A stretch of DNA of 42,980 nt from a virus. Taxonomy: Duplodnaviria > Heunggongvirae > Uroviricota > Caudoviricetes. The notes beneath the pieces are model-generated. The model ran no database searches. It was not told the DNA's origin and saw only the letters and a program-made list of their open reading frames with translations. A program made the translations under genes and the position numbers. The stretch lies in the IMG/VR virus record IMGVR_UViG_2778261642_000006. One strand, given 5' to 3'. Within the stretch, counting starts at the first letter, position 1, and the number at the start of each line of letters is the position of its first letter. Below, one piece after another: positions 9,818 to 19,045 of this stretch.

Positions 9818-10525
9818 TTATCCGAATCGCTTGTAATCGATTGACTGCCTAATGAGGACTTTGGCTAGAATGTGAAGTTGCTCTTCTTCACCTTCTTCTA
9901 TGTACCATCGATCATAAGCGGCATTGTCAGAGATGACGGCAAGCCTGTTCTTTTGCATTTGCAGGCGCTTAACGTGCATTGTTTTCCCGTATACAAACAC
10001 ATAAATGCCATCGCCATCAAAACAGGTTATGGATACATCAACAAAGATCTCATCTCCCGGATTGATGGTTCCCTCCATGCTGTCACCGCGAACCGTGATG
10101 ACTTTTACGCTTTCCTGTGGCCTTCCATTAAATAAAATTCTTGCCTGCTCGGTCGTATATTCAATTGCTCTTATCTTTTCTATAAATTCATTGGAAACCA
10201 TGGTTCCTGGCCCGGCGCTCGCCTGAACATCCAATACATCAACACGATAATAATCATTTGATCTTGATAGATGATTTACCGTGATACCGTCATCATCAGC
10301 ATAGCCATGCAGATATGCAGCAGTAGTTCCCAGCACCGAAGCCAGAGATTCCATCTTGTCTTTTCTTGGTATTGACTCCCCGTTGAACCATTTACTAATG
10401 GCTTTTGGTGTGACCTTAAGCCTGACAGCTAAATCAGCCTGCCTACCATGCAAAGGTAATCCCGCTTTATCACAGGCCAGCGCAAGCCTCTGCGAGAAAG
10501 TTTCACGCTCTTTCTGTTGAACCAT
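9818..10525 (-). CDS. cI: CI-type repressor (HTH_XRE + S24/LexA-like peptidase domain)
   Basis: HTH region (…QADLAVRLKVTPKAISKWFNGESIPRKDKMESLASVLG…) and C-terminal S24 motifs (GDSMEGT…HVKRL); divergent from cro across operators; start ambiguous (in-frame ATGs near 10525, 10570, 10582). Confidence 0.8.
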   Translation of the reverse strand: MVQQKERETFSQRLALACDKAGLPLHGRQADLAVRLKVTPKAISKWFNGESIPRKDKMESLASVLGTTAAYLHGYADDDGITVNHLSRSNDYYRVDVLDVQASAGPGTMVSNEFIEKIRAIEYTTEQARILFNGRPQESVKVITVRGDSMEGTINPGDEIFVDVSITCFDGDGIYVFVYGKTMHVKRLQMQKNRLAVISDNAAYDRWYIEEGEEEQLHILAKVLIRQSIDYKRFG

Positions 10526-10589
10526 AAGTTCAACTATATTAGGTATTGACTGTACTATCAGTTCCGTCATAATATGAACCATAAGTTCA
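10517..10589. promoter_or_regulatory. OR operator region: two near-perfect 17-bp palindromes plus a degenerate middle site; pR/pRM
   Basis: TTGAACCATAAGTTCAA (~10517..10533) and ATGAACCATAAGTTCAC (~10575..10589) with TTGACTGTACTATCAGTTC between; lies between cI and cro. Confidence 0.6.
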
Positions 10590-10604
10590 CCACAGGAGAG
10601 AAGC

Positions 10605-10835
10605 ATGAACGAAGTTACGTTTGGAGAAGTTATCAAATCCGTTCGAGTTTCTGTTGTGGCTGATGTTTGTGGACTTACGCCAAAAGCCATCTATAAGTGG
10701 CTTGAGCGTGGTTCTCTGCCGCGTACCGAGTTCACTGGTGAAACCGAATATGCGGATAAGATCGCCAAGGCATCAGGCGGCAAGTACTCAGCAGCACAGA
10801 TTCGCCGTATCGGTAAACAGCAGTTTGTTATGTAA
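10605..10835 (+). CDS. cro: Cro-like repressor
   Basis: 76 aa; HTH (…VADVCGLTPKAIYKWLERGSL…); GGAGAG RBS; divergent to cI directly downstream of operators. Confidence 0.8.
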   Translation: MNEVTFGEVIKSVRVSVVADVCGLTPKAIYKWLERGSLPRTEFTGETEYADKIAKASGGKYSAAQIRRIGKQQFVM

Positions 10836-10856
10836 TAAAAATGTACTTTTAGTACC

Positions 10857-10912
10857 GAACGGCCCGGTATACGGTCGGGTGCCCGGCGTGGTCAAGGATG
10901 ACTGTCAATGGT
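10857..10912 (+). promoter_or_regulatory. Conserved leader element R (candidate nutR/put-like site)
   Basis: GAACGGCCCGGTATACGGTCGGGTGCCCGGCGTGGTCAAGGATGACTGTCAATG; ~75% identical in blocks to element L. Confidence 0.45.
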
Positions 10913-10956
10913 GCACGATAAAAACCCAAATTATTTACCTATGGAGATAGTAAGAA

Positions 10957-11256
10957 ATGACACAAGCAAGCTACAGCAAGCCAACACAGCGAGAAATTGA
11001 TCGCGCAGAAACAGATTTACTCATCAACCTGTCAACGCTTACCCAGCGCGGTCTGGCAAATATGATTGGCTGTCATGAATCGAAGATAAGCAGAACGGAC
11101 TGGAGATTTATTGCTTCGGTCTTGTGTGCTTTCGGAATGGCATCAGACATCAGTCCGATTAGCAGGGCTTTTAAGTATGCGCTTGATGGACTCACCAATA
11201 AAAAACGCCCGGTGTGCAAGACCGAGCGTTCTGATCAAATACAAATGGAATTTTAA
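10957..11256 (+). CDS. cII: CII transcriptional activator
   Basis: 99 aa; C-terminus …LTNKKRPVCKTERSDQIQMEF matches recalled lambda CII …LTNKKRPAATERSEQIQMEF. Confidence 0.9.
   Translation: MTQASYSKPTQREIDRAETDLLINLSTLTQRGLANMIGCHESKISRTDWRFIASVLCAFGMASDISPISRAFKYALDGLTNKKRPVCKTERSDQIQMEF
11198..11229 (-). terminator. OOP-like antisense RNA terminator (to) within the cII 3' end
   Basis: Minus strand reads CGCTCGG-tcttgcaca-CCGGGCG followed by TTTTTTATT, the same position as lambda to/oop. Confidence 0.5.
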
Positions 11257-11278
11257 CAACATCCAGCGAGGTAATTAT

Positions 11279-11551
11279 ATGCGAAACAAAGGCTTTAATC
11301 CACCTGATACACACAAAGAAGTTAAGCGTTTGCGCTTCCTTCGTTCCATTGATGAAAGAACTCAAATCTCTTTTGTGAAAGTTGCCAGAACTGAGCTTCT
11401 GAAGGCTGAGGCGAGGGCGTTGCTCCCGTCTCTACCAAAAGAGGAGGGATATAGGCTCATTCCAAACGCATTTCTGGAAAAGCTGCTCAAAGAAGACATA
11501 TCCGTAAGTCAGTTTAACGATGTTCTTAAGGTCTTTCGTCAAGGCAGGTAG
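11279..11551 (+). CDS. Hypothetical protein between cII and the replication initiator
   Basis: 90 aa from MRNKGFNPPDTHKEVKRLRFL…; the longer track ORF (from 11111) overlaps cII. Confidence 0.45.
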   Translation: MRNKGFNPPDTHKEVKRLRFLRSIDERTQISFVKVARTELLKAEARALLPSLPKEEGYRLIPNAFLEKLLKEDISVSQFNDVLKVFRQGR

Positions 11552-11553
11552 TT

Positions 11554-12501
11554 ATGAGCAATACAGCAAAAATCTACGATTTCAGCGCCGCACACGAGCG
11601 CAGGAGCAACAGGATGGAGAACCAGAAAACTGGTTACATTCCGTTGTACCGGAGCATTCTGAAACAGTCATGGGCGAAAGATGTTTATCTTCGCACCCTG
11701 TGGGAAAACCTTCTCCTGAATGCCGCCAGAAAGCCATACAAAGCGAATTTCAAAGGTCATGAATGGCATCTGCAACCCGGTCAACTGGTTGTGACAGCAG
11801 CTGATTTAGGTCTTCAGTTATGCGACAGGCATGGCAAGCCGGCAAGCCGTGATCAGGTTGAGCGGATGCTTCAGGTTTTTGTGAAAGAGGGGATGATCTC
11901 CATTGATGGAGAGAAGCAAAAAGGTCGTGTGATCACCATCACAAATTACCATGAATATGCTCAAAAAATGGACGATTCACCCGCACATGAAGCCGCACAA
12001 ACAACCGCACATGATGCCGCACATGATGAAGCCAGTAATGGCGCGGCATTCAGCGTACATGCCGCACATGAAAGCGCACATGAAGCCGCACAAACAACCG
12101 CACATCATGAACAAGAAGGTATTAACAAGAATATAAATAATACCCCCCTACCCCCCAATGGGGGAGGCGATGGGCAGGTTAAACCTGAACGTCGCAAGGC
12201 AGAACGCATCGACTACGAATCCTTCCTGAACGCCTACAACACCGAAGTCGGTGACAGACTTCCACACGCTGTTGCGGTCAACGAGAAACGCAAACGCCGC
12301 CTGAAGAAAATCATCCCGCAACTGAAAACGCCAAACGTGGACGGTTTCAGAGCGTATGTCAGGGCGTTTGTGCATCAGGCCAAGCCGTTTTACTTCGGAG
12401 ACAACGACACGGGCTGGGTGGCAGATTTTGATTACCTGCTGAGGGAGGATTCGTTAACGGGAGTTCGGGAAGGGAAGTTTGCAGACAGGGGGATTGCATG
12501 A
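11554..12501 (+). CDS. Replication initiator (lambda O / P22 gene 18 analogue)
   Basis: 315 aa; position after cII; contains the iteron array and its repeated [10 protein letters not shown] peptide; stop overlaps helicase start (ATGA). Confidence 0.75.
   Translation: MSNTAKIYDFSAAHERRSNRMENQKTGYIPLYRSILKQSWAKDVYLRTLWENLLLNAARKPYKANFKGHEWHLQPGQLVVTAADLGLQLCDRHGKPASRDQVERMLQVFVKEGMISIDGEKQKGRVITITNYHEYAQKMDDSPAHEAAQTTAHDAAHDEASNGAAFSVHAAHESAHEAAQTTAHHEQEGINKNINNTPLPPNGGGDGQVKPERRKAERIDYESFLNAYNTEVGDRLPHAVAVNEKRKRRLKKIIPQLKTPNVDGFRAYVRAFVHQAKPFYFGDNDTGWVADFDYLLREDSLTGVREGKFADRGIA
11975..12165. repeat. Putative origin of replication: CCGCACATGA-type iterons, AT-rich tract, C6/G5 inverted repeat
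   Basis: At least 8 copies of (C)CGCACATGA(A/T)G within ~130 bp, then aagaatataaataata and cccccctaccccccaatggggga. Confidence 0.6.
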
Positions 12502-13874
12502 AACAGGATATCGAAGCGAGCGTTATCGGTGGCCTGCTGATTGGTGGATTAACACCAATTGCCAGTGACGTTCTGGCAACGCTTGAGCCGGAAGCGTTTT
12601 CAATTCCGCTCTACCGGAAAGCCTTCGAGGTTATCCGCAAGCAGGCGCGAAACAGAAATTTAATCGACGCGCTGATGGTTGCCGAGGCGTGCGGAGAGGA
12701 ACATTTCACGTCAATCCTGATGACCAGCAAAAACTGCCCGAGTGCCGCAAACCTGAAGGGATATGCCGGAATGGTCGCGGATAATTATCACCGCCGTCTG
12801 GTGCTGGAAATCATGGATGAAATGCGTGAACCAATTCAGAGCGGAACCATCGACGCATCGAGTCAGGCGATGGATGAACTTGTAAAGCGTCTTTCAGCCA
12901 TCAGAAAGCCCCGTGACGAGGTTAAACCTGTACGGTTAGGGGAAATCATCACTGACTACACTGACACGCTTGACAGGCGTCTGAGGAACGGAAAAGAGTC
13001 AGATACCCTGAAGACCGGAATCGAAGAACTTGACGCCATCACCGGAGGGATGAACGCAGAAGACCTGGTGATAATCGCCGCTCGTCCTGGTATGGGGAAA
13101 ACCGAGCTGGCGCTGAAGATTGCCGAAGGCGTTGCAAGCCGTGTTATTCCTGGTTCTGACGTCCGGCGCGGAGTATTGATTTTCTCGATGGAAATGAGCG
13201 CATTGCAGATTGCAGAGCGAAGCATCGCCAACGCCGGGAGGATGTCGGTTAGCGTGCTGCGAAATCCTGCATCGATGGATGACGAAGGCTGGGCGCGCGT
13301 TGCTAACGGCATGAGTCAGCTTGCAGATTTGGATGTATGGGTGGTCGATGCCTCGCGGTTATCGGTCGAAGAAATACGCTCAATCGCAGAACGGCACAAA
13401 CAGGAAAATCCAAACCTCTCACTCATCATGGCGGATTATCTTGGCCTGATTGAGAAGCCGAAAGCAGACCGCAACGACCTCGCAATTGCTCACATCTCCG
13501 GAAGCCTGAAGGCGATGGCGAAAGACCTGAAAACGCCTGTTATCTCCCTGAGTCAGCTTTCGCGCGATGTTGAGAAGCGACCAAACAAACGCCCGACAAA
13601 CGCAGATTTGCGTGATTCAGGAAGCATTGAACAGGACGCAGACTCAATCATCATGCTCTATCGGGAAGCAGTATATGACGAGAACAGTAGCGCCGCGCCA
13701 TTTGCTGAAATCATTGTGACAAAAAACCGTTTTGGCTCACTTGGTACGGTTTACCAGCGGTTCTGCAACGGACACTTTGTTGCATGTGACCAGGATGAAG
13801 CCAGACAGATTTGCACAGCATCAAATGCACCTGCTGCGCGTGGCAGACGATATGCACAAGGGGCTGACGTATGA
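12498..13874 (+). CDS. Replicative DNA helicase, DnaB-like
   Basis: 458 aa; Walker A ([12 protein letters not shown]) and DnaB-family motifs (…[17 protein letters not shown]…[13 protein letters not shown]…). Confidence 0.9.
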   Translation: MKQDIEASVIGGLLIGGLTPIASDVLATLEPEAFSIPLYRKAFEVIRKQARNRNLIDALMVAEACGEEHFTSILMTSKNCPSAANLKGYAGMVADNYHRRLVLEIMDEMREPIQSGTIDASSQAMDELVKRLSAIRKPRDEVKPVRLGEIITDYTDTLDRRLRNGKESDTLKTGIEELDAITGGMNAEDLVIIAARPGMGKTELALKIAEGVASRVIPGSDVRRGVLIFSMEMSALQIAERSIANAGRMSVSVLRNPASMDDEGWARVANGMSQLADLDVWVVDASRLSVEEIRSIAERHKQENPNLSLIMADYLGLIEKPKADRNDLAIAHISGSLKAMAKDLKTPVISLSQLSRDVEKRPNKRPTNADLRDSGSIEQDADSIIMLYREAVYDENSSAAPFAEIIVTKNRFGSLGTVYQRFCNGHFVACDQDEARQICTASNAPAARGRRYAQGADV

Positions 13875-13900
13875 CCATCTACATCACTGAGCTAATAACA

Positions 13901-13930
13901 GGCCTGCTGGTAATCGCAGGCCTTTTTATT
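13901..13930 (+). terminator. Intrinsic terminator after the helicase (tR2-like)
   Basis: GGCCTGC-tggtaatc-GCAGGCC followed by TTTTTATTT. Confidence 0.7.
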
Positions 13931-13946
13931 TGGGGGAGAGTAAATC

Positions 13947-14153
13947 GTGGTTGAGTTGATTTTTTCTGCATTGAGGATTCTCGGTGCTATGTGGATGGTG
14001 GCGACGTTCATTGTGGTTGCCAGCAGTTTTGTCCGGCTGGTAGGCGAAGGTAAAGACCTGGTTGGTGTGCTTTTCGGTAGCATTTTCCTGTGGGTGATTA
14101 TCGGTGTTGCGCCTGTAGCTGTAGCAAAAATGGCGTGGCGTTTTGTGAGTTGA
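13947..14153 (+). CDS. Small two-helix membrane protein
   Basis: 68 aa, GTG start after GGGGGAGAG RBS; two hydrophobic segments. Confidence 0.4.
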   Translation: MVELIFSALRILGAMWMVATFIVVASSFVRLVGEGKDLVGVLFGSIFLWVIIGVAPVAVAKMAWRFVS

Positions 14154-14170
14154 ACTGAGGGTAAGTATCG

Positions 14171-14437
14171 ATGGACGAATCAAGAAAGCAGTTTGAAGAA
14201 TGGTTTAAAAACAAATATCACGTTTCAAGTGACGTGATGAAGATTATGCACATCAAGGTCGAGATTGCATGGGAGGCATGGCAGGCATCGCGAGCAGCTA
14301 TTGAAATTGAGCTGCAAAAGCCAAAGAAAGGCCCACTTCCCGGTGATTATCACATTGGCTATGACTCAGGTGCAGAATCACAATACGAAAGCGATGTAGA
14401 GGCCATCCGCGCTGCTGGGGTTAAAGTGAAGGAGTGA
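14171..14437 (+). CDS. Hypothetical protein
   Basis: 88-aa ORF in the nin region. Confidence 0.5.
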   Translation: MDESRKQFEEWFKNKYHVSSDVMKIMHIKVEIAWEAWQASRAAIEIELQKPKKGPLPGDYHIGYDSGAESQYESDVEAIRAAGVKVKE

Positions 14438-14439
14438 GT

Positions 14440-14646
14440 ATGACAAATCAGCAGCAAATAGAGTTCATCCTTGAGCAGATCCGAAAAATGCGAGAAAAGA
14501 ACCAGCCAGACATGATGGAAATATGGAGACGCCAGCAGGAAGAATACCGCAAGCATATTTTTGGTGAGAGAAAACAGGATGACTGGAGCCTATATGGCTA
14601 TGGCACCAGGACAAATAAAAACGGATATAGCCTTTACACATATTGA
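14440..14646 (+). CDS. Hypothetical protein
   Basis: 68 aa from MTNQQQIEFILEQ…; AGGAG RBS. Confidence 0.45.
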   Translation: MTNQQQIEFILEQIRKMREKNQPDMMEIWRRQQEEYRKHIFGERKQDDWSLYGYGTRTNKNGYSLYTY

Positions 14647-14654
14647 GGAATTCC

Positions 14655-15065
14655 ATGAAACAGACAATTTTCCTCAGGAGTAAGCAACAACAGCAAGCCG
14701 CAATCAACGCCATCCTCGCAACACCACTCGATAAAGACAAGCCAGTTACCATCCGCATTACTGACTACAAGCGCAACCTTGACCAGAACGCAAAATTTCA
14801 CGCGATGCTGGCGGATATCGCAAGTCAGGTTCAATGGTGCGGCAAATGGTTAAAACCAGAACAATGGAAGGTTTTGTTGATAAGCGGTCATGCAGTGGCT
14901 ACAAAGCAGGAAGCTGATGTTTTGCCCGGGCTTGAAGGCGAATACGTCAACATTCGCGAAAGCAGCGCGCAGATGAGTGTGAAGCGTATGGCAAGTCTGA
15001 TTGAGTACACGACAGCCTGGGCTATTGGTCAGGGTGTCAGATTTACCGACAGGAGGTATGAATGA
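14655..15065 (+). CDS. ninB: NinB recombination protein
   Basis: 136 aa from [11 protein letters not shown]…; …[27 protein letters not shown]… matches recalled lambda NinB pattern. Confidence 0.8.
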   Translation: MKQTIFLRSKQQQQAAINAILATPLDKDKPVTIRITDYKRNLDQNAKFHAMLADIASQVQWCGKWLKPEQWKVLLISGHAVATKQEADVLPGLEGEYVNIRESSAQMSVKRMASLIEYTTAWAIGQGVRFTDRRYE

Positions 15066-15238
15066 GGCGACAGCGACGAAGTTTCACCGACATCATCTGC
15101 GAAAACTGCAAATACCTTCCAACGAAACGCTCCAGAAATAAACGCAAGCCAATCCCAAAAGAATCTGACGTAAAAACCTTCAACTACACGGCTCACCTGT
15201 GGGATATCCGGTGGCTAAGACATCGTGCGAGGAAATGA
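15062..15238 (+). CDS. ninE: NinE
   Basis: Hand-translated 58 aa [58 protein letters not shown], near-identical to recalled lambda NinE; ATGA overlaps on both sides. Confidence 0.75.
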   Translation: MRRQRRSFTDIICENCKYLPTKRSRNKRKPIPKESDVKTFNYTAHLWDIRWLRHRARK

Positions 15239-16224
15239 CGATGACTGCGTATTACAACGAAATAGATCCGTATGCAGCGCAATGGCTGCGTAACTTAATT
15301 GACGCTGGAGAAATTGCCCCCGGTTATGTAGATGAAAGGAGTATTGAAGATGTCACACCAGGTGATTTGCGAGGATTTACCCAGCACCACTTTTTTGCAG
15401 GAATCGGAGTTTGGAGCTATGCACTTAGAAAAGCAGGATGGCCAGACAACAAGAGTATCTGGACAGGAAGTTGCCCATGCCAACCTTTCAGCTCGGCAGG
15501 CAAAGGAAAAGGGGTTGATGACGAGCGGCACTTATGGCCGGCATTCTTCTGGCTTATTGAAAAATGCAATCCTGGCATCGTTATTGGCGAACAGGTTGCA
15601 AGCGCAGACGGCCTCGCTTGGCTCGACCTTGTACAAACTGACTTGGAAGGTGCGAACTACACCTCTGCAGGTACCGATATTTGCGCTGCGGGCTTCGGTT
15701 CTCCGCACATCAGGCAGCGATTGTATTGGGTGGCCTACTCCAACGACAAATATCAACTTTCAGCCAGAGACGCGCAGGGGAATTCAGAACCTATCTGGAT
15801 GCGTGAGACTAGCGGGATGGCAAACTCCTTTAGCGAACGATGCAACAGGTTCAACGCATTGCTACAGCGGAAAAGACAAGAGCGGAACCCCAAGAATCTG
15901 CTTGAAACTTCCCGGGACGGTGAAGCTATGTACCCATTACCGGTTAACGGCTTCTGGAGAGATGCAGACTGGCTTTACTGTAGAGATGAAAAATATCGTC
16001 CAGTTAGACCCGGCTCATTCCCGATGGTTAATGGCATTGCCAAAAGCTTGGGACGAGGCAAGTCCACACTGGGAAGAATGGCAAAGCGCAATCAAGATCA
16101 GCGAATTATTGGATATGGAAACGCAATCAATGCAGAAGTAGCAACGGCATTCGTGAAAGTTTGTATGGAGGTTGTTAATGCTTATCCCATCCCAATCCAT
16201 TCAATACCAGAAAGAAAGCGTTGA
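15235..16224 (+). CDS. DNA (cytosine-5)-methyltransferase, orphan
   Basis: Motif [12 protein letters not shown], catalytic PCQ ([16 protein letters not shown]), ENV-like region; no restriction endonuclease partner seen. Confidence 0.85.
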   Translation: MTMTAYYNEIDPYAAQWLRNLIDAGEIAPGYVDERSIEDVTPGDLRGFTQHHFFAGIGVWSYALRKAGWPDNKSIWTGSCPCQPFSSAGKGKGVDDERHLWPAFFWLIEKCNPGIVIGEQVASADGLAWLDLVQTDLEGANYTSAGTDICAAGFGSPHIRQRLYWVAYSNDKYQLSARDAQGNSEPIWMRETSGMANSFSERCNRFNALLQRKRQERNPKNLLETSRDGEAMYPLPVNGFWRDADWLYCRDEKYRPVRPGSFPMVNGIAKSLGRGKSTLGRMAKRNQDQRIIGYGNAINAEVATAFVKVCMEVVNAYPIPIHSIPERKR

Positions 16225-16354
16225 GCGGGCTTTAACGTGCGCTAACTGCGGTCAGAAGCTGCATGTGCTGGAAGTTCACGTGTGCTCCGATTGCTGCGCA
16301 GAACTGATGAGCGATCCGAATAGCTCGATGCACGAGGAAGAAGACGATGGCTAA
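16178..16354 (+). CDS. ninF: NinF
   Basis: 58 aa [66 protein letters not shown]; matches recalled lambda NinF. Confidence 0.75.
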   Translation: MLIPSQSIQYQKESVERALTCANCGQKLHVLEVHVCSDCCAELMSDPNSSMHEEEDDG

Positions 16355-16913
16355 ACCAGCGCGAAGACGATGTAACCGTAAAAGAGAAGATTTAACTGTT
16401 AAAAGGATATTTGAGTTACTAAGTTTCGATAAATCTACCGGGGTATTTAGATGGAAAGTTCCCACTCAGGGAAGGATAGCATTAAATAGTGTTGCTGGAA
16501 CTTTTGATTCCAACGGTTATTCAATGATCATGATAGATGGGCGTAGATATAAAACTCACATCTTAGTTTTTTACATAACTCATAATCGCTGGCCTGCTGG
16601 TCAAATTGACCACGTTAATGGAATTAGGACCGACAATAGGCCAGAAAATTTAAGAGAATGCCTGCCAATAGAAAATTCAAGAAATATAAGGATCCGAAAG
16701 AACAGCAAATCAGGTTGCAGAGGAGTTACTTGGCACAAACGACAGAAAAAATGGAATGTTAGGCTAGGTTTCCATGGCAAGAGTAAACACTTCGGATGCT
16801 TTGATGATCTGGAGTTAGCGGTACTAGTTGCTGAAGAAGCCCGAGATAAGTATTACGGTGATTTTTCCGGCAACGAAAGGAGCACTTATGCGAATCTATC
16901 GAAGGAAATGTAA
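16347..16913 (+). CDS. HNH endonuclease with AP2-like DNA-binding domain, apparently inserted at the ninG 5' end
   Basis: Begins MAKPARRRC (recalled NinG N-terminus) then HNH motifs (…[18 protein letters not shown]…) and AP2-like segment (…[31 protein letters not shown]…). Confidence 0.75.
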   Translation: MAKPARRRCNRKREDLTVKRIFELLSFDKSTGVFRWKVPTQGRIALNSVAGTFDSNGYSMIMIDGRRYKTHILVFYITHNRWPAGQIDHVNGIRTDNRPENLRECLPIENSRNIRIRKNSKSGCRGVTWHKRQKKWNVRLGFHGKSKHFGCFDDLELAVLVAEEARDKYYGDFSGNERSTYANLSKEM

Positions 16914-17490
16914 ATGTTGCAATGAATGGTTTATACCAAAATATCAAAATCAATATTGGTGTAATGAGATTTGTGGAACCAAGATAGCACTCGAACGACG
17001 AAGTAAAGAACGCGAAAAAGCGGAAAAAGCAGCAGAGAAGAAACTACGACGAGAGGAGCAGAAACAGAAAGATAAACTGAAGATTCGAAAACTCGCCTTA
17101 AAGCCCCGCAGTTACTGGATTAAACAAGCACAACAAGCCGTAAACGCCTTCATCAGAGAAAGAGACCGCGACTTACCATGTATCTCGTGCGGAACGCTCA
17201 CGTCTGCTCAGTGGGATGCCGGACATTACCGGACAACTGCTGCGGCACCTCAACTCCGATTTGATGAACGCAATATTCACAAGCAATGCGTGGTGTGCAA
17301 CCAGCACAAAAGCGGAAATCTCGTTCCGTATCGCGTCGAACTGATTAACCGCATCGGGCAGGAAGCAGTAGACGAAATCGAATCAAACCATAGCCGCCAT
17401 CGCTGGACTATCGAAGAGTGCAAGGCGATCAAGGCAGAGTACCAACAGAAACTCAAAGACCTGCGAAATAGCAGAAGTGAGGCCGCATGA
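16888..17490 (+). CDS. ninG: NinG (Rap-like recombination protein), N-terminus replaced
   Basis: From [15 protein letters not shown]…; from …[24 protein letters not shown]… onward matches recalled lambda NinG; AAGGAG RBS inside the HNH gene 3' end. Confidence 0.75.
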   Translation: MRIYRRKCKCCNEWFIPKYQNQYWCNEICGTKIALERRSKEREKAEKAAEKKLRREEQKQKDKLKIRKLALKPRSYWIKQAQQAVNAFIRERDRDLPCISCGTLTSAQWDAGHYRTTAAAPQLRFDERNIHKQCVVCNQHKSGNLVPYRVELINRIGQEAVDEIESNHSRHRWTIEECKAIKAEYQQKLKDLRNSRSEAA

Positions 17491-17693
17491 CGTTCTCAGT
17501 AAAAACCATTCCAGACATGCTCGTTGAAGCATACGGAAACCAGACAGAAGTAGCACGCAGACTGAAATGTAGTCGCGGCACGGTAAGAAAATACGTTGAT
17601 GATAAAGACGGGAAAATGCACGCCATCGTCAACGACGTTCTCATGGTTCATCGCGGATGGAGTGAAAGAGATGCGCTATTACGAAAGAATTGA
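17487..17693 (+). CDS. ninH: NinH
   Basis: 68 aa [37 protein letters not shown]… matches recalled lambda NinH. Confidence 0.8.
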   Translation: MTFSVKTIPDMLVEAYGNQTEVARRLKCSRGTVRKYVDDKDGKMHAIVNDVLMVHRGWSERDALLRKN

Positions 17694-18342
17694 TGGCAGC
17701 AAATACCGAAATGTTTGGGTAGTTGGCGATCTGCACGGATGCTACACGAACCTGATGAAAAAACTGGAGACGATAGGATTCGACACCAAAAAAGACCTGC
17801 TTATCTCGGTGGGCGATTTGGTTGATCGCGGTACAGAGAACGTCGAATGTCTGGAATTAATCACATTCCCCTGGTTCCGAGCTGTACGTGGAAACCATGA
17901 GCAAATGATGATTGATGGCTTATCAGAGCGTGGAAACGTCAATCACTGGCTGTTTAATGGCGGTGGCTGGTTCTTTAATCTCGATTACGACAAAGAAATT
18001 CTGGCTAAAGCTCTTGCCCATAAAGCAGATGAACTTCCGTTAATCATCGAACTGGTGAGCGAAGGTAAAAAATATGTCATCTGCCACGCCGATTATCCCT
18101 GTGACGAATACGAGTTTGGAAAGCCAGTTGATCATCAGCAGGTAATCTGGAACCGCGAACGAATCAGCAACTCACAAGACGGGATCGTGAAAGAAATCAA
18201 AGGAGCGGACACGTTCATCTTTGGTCATACGCCAGCAGTGAAACCACTCAAGTTTGCCAACCAGATGTATATCGATACCGGCGCAGTGTTCTGCGGAAAC
18301 CTCACATTGATTCAGGTACAGGGAGAAGGCGCATGGGCATAA
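17671..18342 (+). CDS. ninI: Ser/Thr protein phosphatase (NinI, lambda PPase-like)
   Basis: From [28 protein letters not shown]…; metallophosphatase motifs GDLHG, GDLVDRG, GNHE. Confidence 0.9.
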   Translation: MRYYERIDGSKYRNVWVVGDLHGCYTNLMKKLETIGFDTKKDLLISVGDLVDRGTENVECLELITFPWFRAVRGNHEQMMIDGLSERGNVNHWLFNGGGWFFNLDYDKEILAKALAHKADELPLIIELVSEGKKYVICHADYPCDEYEFGKPVDHQQVIWNRERISNSQDGIVKEIKGADTFIFGHTPAVKPLKFANQMYIDTGAVFCGNLTLIQVQGEGAWA

Positions 18343-18851
18343 GAGAACTAAACCTCACCAAAGAGCAGCACGAGTGGCTGAATGGCTGGCTTGAACTGTG
18401 GGGAGCATGGGTTTATTCAGGTCGTCTGGAAAAGCGCATGAGCAGCGTAATAGCTAAGTTCATGGAGAGCGTAGAGCCGGGAAGAGTTATGACAAGGCCA
18501 ATGTGTAATGATGATGATGGAATGTTGATTTCTCAGGTCGTCGATTCCGTCATGTACATTGACAAGAAAGCCTTTGGCATCCTCCTCAGCTACTACGCTC
18601 ATGGTTCATCTAAGCGAGCAATTGCATCCTACTATCACGAGACTGCAAAGCCACGCAAGATGTGTGGGCGTGGTGGCGAGGGATGGAGAAAACCTTCACT
18701 GGCAACCTGTAGAAACGAAATTGACGATATCCTGAAAGCGTCATTATTTGTTTTGTACCAACCAATGAAAAATGCTTTCAAAATGCGTAAACGTGTTGAG
18801 AAAGTTAAGCATGTTGCTGTTAAAAGTCTTGACATGCAATTAGCCATTTAG
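18333..18851 (+). CDS. Q: Late-gene antiterminator Q (non-lambda Q family)
   Basis: 172 aa; directly upstream of pR'-like promoter and tR'; composition resembles the Q family of phage 21/82 type; mainly positional. Confidence 0.6.
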   Translation: MGIRELNLTKEQHEWLNGWLELWGAWVYSGRLEKRMSSVIAKFMESVEPGRVMTRPMCNDDDGMLISQVVDSVMYIDKKAFGILLSYYAHGSSKRAIASYYHETAKPRKMCGRGGEGWRKPSLATCRNEIDDILKASLFVLYQPMKNAFKMRKRVEKVKHVAVKSLDMQLAI

Positions 18852-18858
18852 CCATAAT
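18829..18858 (+). promoter_or_regulatory. Late promoter pR'-like (TTGACA, 17-18 nt spacer, CATAAT)
   Basis: gtcTTGACAtgcaattagccatttagcCATAATat at the 3' end of Q, ~45 nt upstream of the tR' hairpin. Confidence 0.6.
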
Positions 18859-18898
18859 ATTCACATATGCTGCTGCTTTTGCATTCAGCAACCATCAC

Positions 18899-18924
18899 AA
18901 GCCCACCTCCTGTGGGCTTTTTTG
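18899..18924 (+). terminator. tR'-like intrinsic terminator
   Basis: AAGCCCAC-ctcct-GTGGGCTT followed by TTTTTTGC. Confidence 0.75.
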
Positions 18925-19045
18925 CATTCGCGTGCAATCAAAACAAGAGTCTTAGTGATATGGGCCTGAGATATGGTGGTGGAAACATCGCTCCGCTCTT
19001 GGCTGTCATATCTACGCGAACAGGCTCTATCCCTAAGGTAAAGCG

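Noticed and set aside
9818-10690. Full 290-aa extent of the repressor track ORF
   Set aside because: The N-terminal extension would run through the operator palindromes and into the cro RBS; the real start is downstream (in-frame candidates near 10525, 10570, 10582).
11111-11551. 146-aa track ORF beginning inside cII
   Set aside because: The N-terminal part overlaps the cII coding region in another frame; the plausible gene starts at the internal Met near 11279.
12956-13312. 118-aa minus-strand ORF
   Set aside because: Antisense to the strongly supported DnaB-like helicase gene.
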